In this document: piece after piece, positions 9,411 to 16,830 of the stretch
Layout: each line of letters begins with the position of its first letter
How positions within the stretch are numbered: the stretch's first letter is position 1
Assembly (NCBI GenBank): GCA_050733055.1
Contig: JBOHSI010000205.1
Span: forward strand, 1 to 39,803
Direction of reading: 5' to 3'
From: Gemmatimonadales bacterium
GTDB lineage: Bacteria > Gemmatimonadota > Gemmatimonadetes > Gemmatimonadales > GWC2-71-9
Length of the DNA stretch: 39,803 nucleotides
Made by a program: the position numbers and the translations under genes
Notes under the pieces: generated by a model
What the model saw: the letters and a program-made list of their open reading frames with translations, nothing else
What the model was told of the DNA's origin: nothing
Database searches by the model: none

Positions 9411-11342
9411 CCAAGAGCGCCTGGAACCGCGGGTCGCCGCGCAGCGAGTCGAGGTCGGAATCGTTCTCGATCCACCCCCGCAACCCGAAGCCGTATTGCA
9501 CCGCCTTTTCCAGGCACTTGACGGCGTCGTCGGTCTCGCCCTGAATGGCGACCGGTGGACCCGCCCCGCGTCCGCCTTGCGCCCCAGCCCATCATAGGTC
9601 TGTGACAGGAAGGAGGCGGCTTGATAGTCGTCCGGCCGAAGCCGGCACGCCTCCTCGAAGGACTGCGCCGCCTCGGCGAGCTTCCCTTGCTGGTATCGCG
9701 CCCGGGCGTAGAAGTAATGGGCTTCGAACAGCTTCGGATTCAGCTGGATCGCGATGTTGAACGCCTGTTCCGCTTCGGCATGTCGCCGGGCGAAGGCGAG
9801 GGCCAGTCCACGCGACGTGTGGGCTTCGGCGAGCTCGGGATCGAGTTCGAGGGCCTTCCGGCTCGCGGCGTCCGCTTGCTCCAGGTGCGCCGCGCTCGCG
9901 TCCCAGTAGGTGTAAATGAACGAGCAGCAGTCGGCAATCCCGGCGTAGGCGAGCGCGTAATTGGGGTCGACCTCGATCGCCCGCTCGAACATCCGCCGGG
10001 CGTACTCGACTCCCTTCCGCCGCCATTGGTGGAAGAACTGCCGCCCGCGCAGGTAGTAATCGTAGGCCTGCACGTTCGCCGTCGGCACCTTCTCGATCGC
10101 GCGCTTCTCGTCCTCACTCAGGACTACCCGCAGCGCCCGCACGATGTTCTCCGCGATCTCGTCCTGGATCGCGAACACGTCGGACATCTCCCGGTCGTAG
10201 CGCTCCGACCAGAGATGGTAGCCGTCGGCGACGTTCACCAGCTGCGCCGTGACCCGCAGCCTTGTCCCCGCTTTCCGCACGCTCCCCTCGAGCACCGTGC
10301 TGACGCTCAACTGCTCGCCGATCCTGCGGATGTCCTGGTTCTTCCCCTTGAACGCGAACGCCGACGTGCGCGAAGCCACGCGCAACGCCTGGATTTTCGT
10401 GAGGGAGTTGATGATCTCTTCCGCAATGCCGTCGGTGAAGTATTCATTCTCCGGATCGGCGCTCATGTTGACGAACGGCAACACGGCGATGGACTTCGCG
10501 GCGGTGGCTGCCTGGGCCGCCCAGGTCGCCGGCGTGCTGCCCGGCGGAGTCGTCACCCGCCCGGCGACGCCAGGGCCAGCGCAAACTGGGCGGCGGTGGC
10601 GAACCGGTCGGCCGGCACCTTGGCGAGGGCCCGGGTCACCGCGCGGTCGATCCAATCGGGCACGGTCTCCCGCGCCGAGCGGAGCGACGGCACGGGATCG
10701 GTGAAGCGCTTCGCCAGGATGGCCTGCGCCGTCGGCCCGGTGAATGGTGTCTCGCCGGCCAGCATCTCGTACAGCATGCAGCCAAGGGAGTAGATGTCGC
10801 TGCGCCCATCGAGCTCCGCTTCGCCCGCCGCCTGTTCGGGGCTCATGTAGGCCGGCGTGCCGACGGCAGCTCCGGTTTGCGTCAGGGTTTCCTTGCCGGC
10901 CACGCTGATGGCCTTGGCAATCCCAAAATCGGTCACCATCGCCTCGCCCTCATGGAGCATGACGTTTTCCTGGTGACGGTGGGCGTAATCGAGCGCGGCC
11001 GCGACGGCCCGGACCACCTGGAGGGCGTCTTCCAGCGGCGCGGAGCGATTCCCCCTCCACGTACGGCATCACGTAATAGAAAAGGCCGTTCGCCTGCCCC
11101 GAGTCGTAGAGTGGGAGGATATGGGGGTGCTGGAAGCGTGCCGCGATCTGGATCTCGCGCAGGAATCGCTCGGGCCCGAGATTGGCCGTGAGGTGGGGGT
11201 GAAGCACCTTCACGGCCACCGGACGGTGGTGCTTCAGATCCTGGGCCGCGTAGACCGTCGCCATGCCACCACGACCGACCTCCCGCTCGATGGCGTAACG
11301 GTCGGCCAGGGCACTCCCGAGGCGATCCAGGAGATTCTGCAT
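9411..11342 (-). pseudogene. Decayed tandem paralog of the Ser/Thr kinase-TPR gene
   Basis: Homology to 7111..9261 is split over ORFs 10950..11342, 10553..11017 and 9345..10655 plus an unlisted frame ending at the TGA at 9411.
- About 26 nt are deleted after 'YVEGESLR' (near 11037..11041), giving a frameshift.
- A 24-nt in-frame loss removes 'IVHRDIKP' (junction 10969/10970), so the sequence reads 'YAHRHQ-ENVML'.
- A 1-nt frameshift lies near 10555..10565.
- About 60 TPR codons are lost with a frameshift near 9545..9570.
- The C-terminal 'DSDLDSLRGDPRFQAL' is still readable. Confidence 0.8.
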
Positions 11343-11343
11343 A

Positions 11344-13440
11344 CTACGCCTTCGCCTCCTCCAGCTCTTTCTTCCGGGCCTCGACCACTTTCTGTGCCAC
11401 CTCCAGCGGGACTTCTTGGTACACGTGGAACTTCTGCCGGTACGTCCCGCGGCCGTGCGTCAGCGAGTGCAGCTGAGTGGCATAGCGGTCCAACTCCGCC
11501 TCCGGCACGTACGCCCGGACCTTCGCCAGCCGTCCGTCGGGCTCGGAGCCCAGGATCTGCCCTCGACGCGCGGAGAGGTCGCCCATCACCGCGCCGAGGT
11601 ACTCGTCGGGTGTCCACACCTCGAGCTCCAGGATCGGCTCGAGCAACACCGGCTTGCAGTTCGGACTCACGTTCCGGAACGCGAGGATCCCGGCCATCTT
11701 GAACGACATCTCGTTCGAGTCCACGTCGTGGTACGAGCCGTCGTACAGCTCCACTTTGAAGTCCACCACCGGATATCCCGCCACCGGACCGCGCGCCGCC
11801 GCTTCATGCATTCCCCGCTCCACGGCCGGGATGTATTGTCGCGGGATCACGCCGCCCACGATCTTGTCCTCGAACACGAACCCCGAGCCCCGCGGCAGCG
11901 GTGCCAGGCGGATCCAGCAGTCGCCGTACTGACCGCGGCCCCCGGTCTGCTTCTTGTGCTTCCCTTGCCCCTCGCCCCGCCCGCGGAACGTTTCACGGTA
12001 CGCGATCTTCGGCTTCGTAATCAGGGCGTGCACACCGAACTTCCGCGCGAGCCGACCCACGATGATCTCGAGATGCCGCTCGCCCAGGCCGTGGATCAGC
12101 GTCTGACCGAGCTCGCCGTTGTACTCGTGCTGGAACGTAGGATCCTCCTCGTGCAGCTTGTGCAGGCCGTTCGAGAGCTTCTCTTCTTCACCCCGCTGCC
12201 TGACCTCGATCGCCACCGTGATCACCGGCTCCGGGAACGGGATCTTGTGGAGGACGATCGGCCGCTCCCGAACCGAGAGCGTGTCATTCGTATGCGTGTC
12301 GTGCAGCTTGGCGACCACTCCGATGTCCCCTGCGTGCAGCTCGGCGATCTCCGAGCGGTCCTTGCCGACGCTTACGCAGAGATGGTTCAGCTTCTCCACC
12401 GCCTCGCGCGGCGCGTTGTAGACATCCTGACCATTCCGCACGAGCCCCGAGTACACGCGGAAGTACGTGACGTCGCCGACGTGCGGCTCGGACATGGTCT
12501 TGAAGACTTGGGCGACGAACGGTCCCGTGTCGTCGGGTTTGAGCGGCACGCGTTCCGCGCTCCTCCACTTTTGCGCGTCCACCGGCGGCCGCTCGTGCGG
12601 CGCCGGGAACAGCTCCACCATCTTGGACAGCAGCGCGCGCATGCCGTACGTCAGCTCGGCGGCGCCGCAGAACAGCGGGAACAGCTCGCCCTTGAGCATC
12701 CCGGCCTTCATCGCCCGGATGGCCTCATCCCGACCGATCTCCTCCCCGCCTAGATAGTGCTCGAGCAACGTATCGTCGGTCTCGGCGATGCGCTCGATCA
12801 GCTCCTTCGAGTACTCCTCGAAGCGTTCCCGGTACTCCGCCGGGACGTCCACCTCCTCGGATTCGCCCGCCTTGGTGCCCTTCTTGTACATGTGGCAGCG
12901 CTTCGAGAAGAGGTTGATGATCCCATGGAACTCGGGGCCCTCGCCCACCGGGATTTCCACGGGGATCACCTTCGGCGTGAGCAGGTCCTTGATCCGCCGG
13001 TACACCTTGTGGAAGTCGGCGTGCTCCTTGTCCATCAGGGAGACGAAGAACAAGCGCGGGATCCCGCGCGCTTCACAGTAATCCCACACTTTCTCGGTCC
13101 CAACCTCCACTCCACCCGTCGCTGACACGACCACGACCGCGGCGTCCGCGGCGTGCACGCCGGCGAGGGCCTCACCGGTGAAGTCGAGATAGCCGGGCGT
13201 ATCGATCAGGTTGACCTTCGTGTCCATCCACTCGGCCACGGCGAGGGCCAGGTTGATGGAGTACTTGCGCTCGATTTCGTCGGGGGTGTAATCGGTGAGG
13301 GCCGTACCGTCCTTCACAAACCCGTGGCGTTTGCTCGTACCGGCCACGAACGAGAGGGCGTCGACCAGGGAAGTCTTGCCACTCGCGCCGTGGCCCACGA
13401 CGGCCACGTTGCGGATCTCCGGTGTCTTGTACACGCGCAT
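11344..13440 (-). CDS. Elongation factor G paralog (EF-G2-like translational GTPase)
   Basis: Internal ATG (MRVYKTPEIRNVAVVGHGASGKTSLVDAL) of ORF 11344..13617, with AGGAG about 14 nt upstream. The G1 motif 'GHGASGKTS' resembles EF-G2-type rather than canonical 'AHIDAGKTT'. 'DTPGYLDF' and EF-G domains II-V are readable. No rpsL/rpsG/tuf neighbours. Confidence 0.85.
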   Translation of the reverse strand: MRVYKTPEIRNVAVVGHGASGKTSLVDALSFVAGTSKRHGFVKDGTALTDYTPDEIERKYSINLALAVAEWMDTKVNLIDTPGYLDFTGEALAGVHAADAAVVVVSATGGVEVGTEKVWDYCEARGIPRLFFVSLMDKEHADFHKVYRRIKDLLTPKVIPVEIPVGEGPEFHGIINLFSKRCHMYKKGTKAGESEEVDVPAEYRERFEEYSKELIERIAETDDTLLEHYLGGEEIGRDEAIRAMKAGMLKGELFPLFCGAAELTYGMRALLSKMVELFPAPHERPPVDAQKWRSAERVPLKPDDTGPFVAQVFKTMSEPHVGDVTYFRVYSGLVRNGQDVYNAPREAVEKLNHLCVSVGKDRSEIAELHAGDIGVVAKLHDTHTNDTLSVRERPIVLHKIPFPEPVITVAIEVRQRGEEEKLSNGLHKLHEEDPTFQHEYNGELGQTLIHGLGERHLEIIVGRLARKFGVHALITKPKIAYRETFRGRGEGQGKHKKQTGGRGQYGDCWIRLAPLPRGSGFVFEDKIVGGVIPRQYIPAVERGMHEAAARGPVAGYPVVDFKVELYDGSYHDVDSNEMSFKMAGILAFRNVSPNCKPVLLEPILELEVWTPDEYLGAVMGDLSARRGQILGSEPDGRLAKVRAYVPEAELDRYATQLHSLTHGRGTYRQKFHVYQEVPLEVAQKVVEARKKELEEAKA

Positions 13441-13523
13441 GGGCGCCGCCAACTCCTGCTGGGGGTGAGGAAAATATGAGGCGGAAAACGGGGAGTGGGC
13501 TAGACATAGGCTTGACGCACAGA

Positions 13524-13544
13524 CGCACAGCGCACCGCTGTGCG
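13524..13544 (-). terminator. 8-bp stem-loop just downstream of the MFS gene stop (possible terminator)
   Basis: CGCACAGC (13524..13531) pairs with GCTGTGCG (13537..13544) around a 5-nt loop. It lies 10 nt past the stop at 13554. The U-tract is weak. Confidence 0.3.
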
Positions 13545-13553
13545 CCCAGGCGC

Positions 13554-14750
13554 CTAGCCATTGAAGACTTGTGCACTGACCACTCGATCCCGTTCGATCT
13601 TCGGCACCCGGAGGCACACGACCCCCCCGAGCGCCATCACCACCCCCGCGGCCACGAACGCCGCCGACGGGGACCCGTCGTACACCCTGCCTATCACGAC
13701 CGGCCCGAGCAGCCGGCCGAGCGCCGAGAGGGCCTGGGCCGCGCCCAGCACCGTGCCCTGCTCAGCGGGATCGGCGAACACGGACACGAGCCCGGTGGCC
13801 GCGGGAGAGAACACGCTGTTCGAGAACGCGAGCACGACCGTCCACCCGTACAGGGCGGCGCTCGAGTGGAGCGCCGGGATCACCCCGATGGCGAGCGCCA
13901 TGCCGAAGGCGCCCACGATGAGGAGCCAGCGCTCGCCGAAGCGTCCGGCGAGCTTGCCGAAGAGATACCCCTGCACGACCGCTGCCGTCGCGCCGATCAC
14001 CGTGAAGAACCAACCCAGTTCCTGCTCGCGCCAGCCGAAGCTGACTCCGGCCCAGAGCGGCAGGGCGACCGTGTAACCCGAGAAGGCGAACGGCGCCACC
14101 GCCCATGCCGCCATGAGAGGCGCAAGCCGCGGGTGCCGGACCGCGTCGCCGATGTGCGAGAGGTCCCACATCCCACCCACGGTGCGGTGTTCCTCCCGGA
14201 GTGACTCGGGCAGGATGAAGTACGCCGATACGAAGTTCACGAGCGACAGCCCTGCGGCCACGAGTCCCGGCGCCGCGGGCCCGAGATAGTGAGCCGAGAG
14301 GCCACCCACAGCGGGGCCGATGATGAAGCCAAGCCCAAATGCCGCGCCGATGATCCCCATGCCGCGCGACCGCTCGGCGGGCGTCGTGATGTCCGCGATG
14401 TAGGCTTGGGCGGCGGAGATGTTGCCGCCCGCAAATCCGGAAACGACGCGCGCGACGAACAATACGGGATACGACTGGGCGGCTGCGAATAGCAGGTACC
14501 CGAGCGCGTTGACCACCATGGTCACCAGCAGGATCGGACGGCGGCCTACCCGGTCGGACGTGCGCCCCAGGAACGCGGTCGCGGCGAACTGCATCAGCGA
14601 GAACACACCCAGCAGCGCGCCGAGGCCGAACCCGCCCGCCCCCAGGCGCTGCGCGTAGTACGGCAGGATCGGGATGATGATGCCGAACCCGATCAGGTCG
14701 ATCAGGACCGTGAAGAAGATGACGGCGAAGCGGGAGCGGGCCGCGGGCAT
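13554..14750 (-). CDS. MFS transporter (TetA/drug-efflux-like)
   Basis: 398-aa ORF, 12-TM-like hydrophobic pattern. MFS loop motif 'GRTSDRVGRRPILL' between TM2 and TM3. Confidence 0.8.
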   Translation of the reverse strand: MPAARSRFAVIFFTVLIDLIGFGIIIPILPYYAQRLGAGGFGLGALLGVFSLMQFAATAFLGRTSDRVGRRPILLVTMVVNALGYLLFAAAQSYPVLFVARVVSGFAGGNISAAQAYIADITTPAERSRGMGIIGAAFGLGFIIGPAVGGLSAHYLGPAAPGLVAAGLSLVNFVSAYFILPESLREEHRTVGGMWDLSHIGDAVRHPRLAPLMAAWAVAPFAFSGYTVALPLWAGVSFGWREQELGWFFTVIGATAAVVQGYLFGKLAGRFGERWLLIVGAFGMALAIGVIPALHSSAALYGWTVVLAFSNSVFSPAATGLVSVFADPAEQGTVLGAAQALSALGRLLGPVVIGRVYDGSPSAAFVAAGVVMALGGVVCLRVPKIERDRVVSAQVFNG

Positions 14751-14790
14751 GAAGGCTACAATTTACCCTGCCTCTCACAGGAGTGCTGTC

Positions 14791-15906
14791 ATGGCCACGT
14801 GGCGACTTGGCGATCGAGCCGAGCTCTCGAACCGGGTGCCGTGCGCGTTCAAGCTCGACCGCTGGTTCGTCGCGGTGTTCTTCTACGACGGCGCCTTCCG
14901 AGCGATCGGCAACAGCTGCAATCACAAGGGCGGCCCGCTGTCGGAAGGACGGCTCCACGGCGAGTTCGTGATGTGCCCCTGGCACGCGTGGGAGTACAGC
15001 GTGATCACCGGCAAGGGGCCCGAGGGGTTCGACGAGGAGCAGGTGCCGGTGTTCGCTGTCGAAGAGCGGGAGGACGGCGTGTACGTGCAGACCCCGCCCG
15101 TGATGCCGCGCAAGCTCCTCAAGCACAAGCCCTCCCACCTGCTCGAGCCGCACGCGAAGCCCCCCGGCGCGCCGCCGCGGGTACTCCTCATCTCGACGAC
15201 CGCGATGGACGACGTCAACCCGCGCTTCTCCACCTCCGACACACTGCTCGATCATGCGCTGGAGCAGGCCACGCGCCGCCACGCGGACACCCAGTACATC
15301 AAGCTCCGCGACCTCAAGTTCCGCCACTGCGAGGGGAACTACTCCAAGGCCGCCCACGCCTGCACCTGGCCGTGCGCCATCACCGAGCGCGATCCCGAGG
15401 ACCAGCTCACGGCGGTTTACGAGGGACTCGTGCACTGGGCGGACGTGGTGCTGATCGCGACGCCTATCCGGTGGGGCAACGCGTCCTCGCTCTACTACAA
15501 GATGATCGAGCGGCTCAACTGCGTGCAAAACCAGGTCACGATCCGCAACACGGTGCTGATCAGGAACAAGGTCGCCGCGTTCATCATCACCGGCGGCCAG
15601 GACAACATTCAGGCGGTGGCCGGCGGCATGTTCACCTTCTGGGCGGAGCTCGGTTTCGTGTTCCCGCCCTTTCCGTTCATCGCCCACTCGCGCGGCTGGG
15701 ACGCCGAGGACATGCAGAACAACGTGCGCCAGGTGAAGTCCAGCGAGCAGCTGCGTGAGGCGGCGTACGAGCTGCTCGACCGGGCGCTCGACTTCTGGAC
15801 GATCATCGACCGCCACAAGGCCGAGATGGACAAGCCCATGGAACGCGCGGGCCGCAAGGCGAACACGCTCCCCGAGCCCGAGGAGATCGAGGAGATCACG
15901 GTATGA
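14791..15906 (+). CDS. Rieske [2Fe-2S] domain fused to a flavodoxin-like / NAD(P)H-dependent FMN reductase-like domain
   Basis: Internal ATG (MATWRLGD...) with CAGGAG 8 nt upstream. Rieske ligands 'CNHKGGPL...CPWHAWEY'. The C-terminal half ('VLLISTTAMDD', 'VVLIATPIRWGNASSLYYKMIERL', 'FIITGGQDN') is flavodoxin-fold reductase-like and carries an extra 'HCEGN...HACTWPC' Cys/His patch. Confidence 0.7.
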   Translation: MATWRLGDRAELSNRVPCAFKLDRWFVAVFFYDGAFRAIGNSCNHKGGPLSEGRLHGEFVMCPWHAWEYSVITGKGPEGFDEEQVPVFAVEEREDGVYVQTPPVMPRKLLKHKPSHLLEPHAKPPGAPPRVLLISTTAMDDVNPRFSTSDTLLDHALEQATRRHADTQYIKLRDLKFRHCEGNYSKAAHACTWPCAITERDPEDQLTAVYEGLVHWADVVLIATPIRWGNASSLYYKMIERLNCVQNQVTIRNTVLIRNKVAAFIITGGQDNIQAVAGGMFTFWAELGFVFPPFPFIAHSRGWDAEDMQNNVRQVKSSEQLREAAYELLDRALDFWTIIDRHKAEMDKPMERAGRKANTLPEPEEIEEITV

Positions 15907-16337
15907 GCGAGCGCATGAAGATCGCCAAGGCATACGAGAAAGCGCTGTTCGCGGGCAAGATGGATGAGGTGGCGGGCTACCTCACCGAAGACATCGTGTA
16001 CTGGGTCGCGGGTGCTCCGCCGATCGGCGGCGAGTGGAACGGCCGCGCGGCGGTGATCCGCTGCTTCGACAAGCGCGAAGCCGGCCTGGGGGCGGCCGAC
16101 TGGGGCTACGAAGACGTGTGGCGCAAGTGGTACGACGCCGACGAGCGGGTGATCGTGGAGATCCGCGAGCGCTCCTGGCTCAAGAGCGCTCCCCAGGACG
16201 TGATGGATCAACGCACCTGCGCGGTCCTCAGGTTCAGGGGGGACAAGATCTGCGAAATGCAGGATTATGCGGACAGCCACATTTACGAAGAGTTCGCCAA
16301 GCGCCACCGGAACGAGCTAGCGAAGTTCAGAAGGTAG
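15903..16337 (+). CDS. SnoaL-like / NTF2-fold protein
   Basis: 144-aa ORF. ATGA overlap with the upstream gene. The size and 'F..GKMDEV..YLTEDIVYWV.G....G...G' pattern fit the SnoaL/ketosteroid-isomerase-like fold. Confidence 0.55.
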   Translation: MSERMKIAKAYEKALFAGKMDEVAGYLTEDIVYWVAGAPPIGGEWNGRAAVIRCFDKREAGLGAADWGYEDVWRKWYDADERVIVEIRERSWLKSAPQDVMDQRTCAVLRFRGDKICEMQDYADSHIYEEFAKRHRNELAKFRR

Positions 16338-16463
16338 TTGGAAGCGGCGTTGCCGCCTGTTCCATATGCCACGAGAGGCGGCCCCTCGCGTGTGACGGTG
16401 CTCACCTTCTTAACGCGCGCAGTTTGGAAAGGTCTCACCTGCGAACCTTACCTGAGGATTCGT

Positions 16464-16742
16464 ATGCGAGGCCGACTTGCGTTGCTCACCGCCCTGACCC
16501 TTGCCCTAAGCCTCCCAGCCGCGCTCTCCGCCCAGGCGCCGGCGAAGGACCGTCACGAGACTCGCCGAGATCGCCGAGAGATCCGCAGCGACGTCCGGGA
16601 GATTCGCCAGGACCGCCGCGAGATCCGTCGGGACCTGAAGCGCGGCGACCGCATGGAGGCCCGCCGGGACCGCCGCGAGCTGCGCCGCGACCGGCGCGAC
16701 CTGCGCCGGGACGTGCGGGATGCGCGGCGTGACCGGCGGTAG
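16464..16742 (+). CDS. Small secreted Arg/Asp-rich heptad-repeat protein
   Basis: Internal ATG with GAGGA 5 nt upstream. Signal peptide 'MRGRLALLTALTLALSLPAALSA|QA'. The mature part is RSDVREI/RQDRREI/RRDLKRG/.../RRDRREL/RRDRRDL/RRDVRDA/RRDRR. Confidence 0.55.
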   Translation: MRGRLALLTALTLALSLPAALSAQAPAKDRHETRRDRREIRSDVREIRQDRREIRRDLKRGDRMEARRDRRELRRDRRDLRRDVRDARRDRR

Positions 16743-16830
16743 GAGGCGGTAAGAGGCGGTAGGGGGCGGTAAGGGGCGGTACGTCTCTGTGCGCTTACCG
16801 CCTCCTACCGCCCCCTACCGCCTCCTACCG
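16737..16830. repeat. Palindromic array of 10-bp units TARGRGGCGG; likely bidirectional terminator
   Basis: Four direct units at 16740..16779 (TAGGAGGCGG TAAGAGGCGG TAGGGGGCGG TAAGGGGCGG) and about 3.5 inverted units at 16794..16830. By hand pairing, 16737..16773 pairs with 16794..16830: 37 positions, 2 mismatches, 1 G-U, 20-nt loop. Both convergent stop codons (TAG 16740..16742 and CTA 16825..16827) lie inside repeat units. Confidence 0.8.

Noticed and set aside
8107-9597. 496-aa plus-strand ORF across the kinase locus. Similar ORFs lie at 9621..10793, 7609..8100 and 18178..19599.
   Set aside because: - It is antisense to genes with clear kinase/TPR or ABC-system motifs.
- It is Arg/Pro/Gly-rich and has no start context.
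13441-13617. 59-aa N-terminal extension of the EF-G-like ORF.
   Set aside because: - The extension is Cys/Ser/Leu-rich and unlike any EF-G.
- It overlaps the MFS gene 3' end.
- The internal ATG at 13440 has an AGGAG and begins directly with the conserved GTPase N-terminus.
13762-15933. 723-aa minus-strand ORF, the second-longest ORF in the region.
   Set aside because: - It overlaps the MFS gene out of frame and is antisense to the Rieske-flavodoxin gene.
- Its composition is Arg/Gly/Pro/Ala-dominated with no recognisable motifs.
- This is the typical shadow ORF of a GC-rich genome, and the overlapped genes have clear family signatures.
16338-16463. Upstream TTG start giving a 134-aa version of the RD-repeat protein.
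   Set aside because: - The extension has no RBS and would bury the obvious signal peptide.
- The internal ATG at 16464 has a GAGGA at good spacing.
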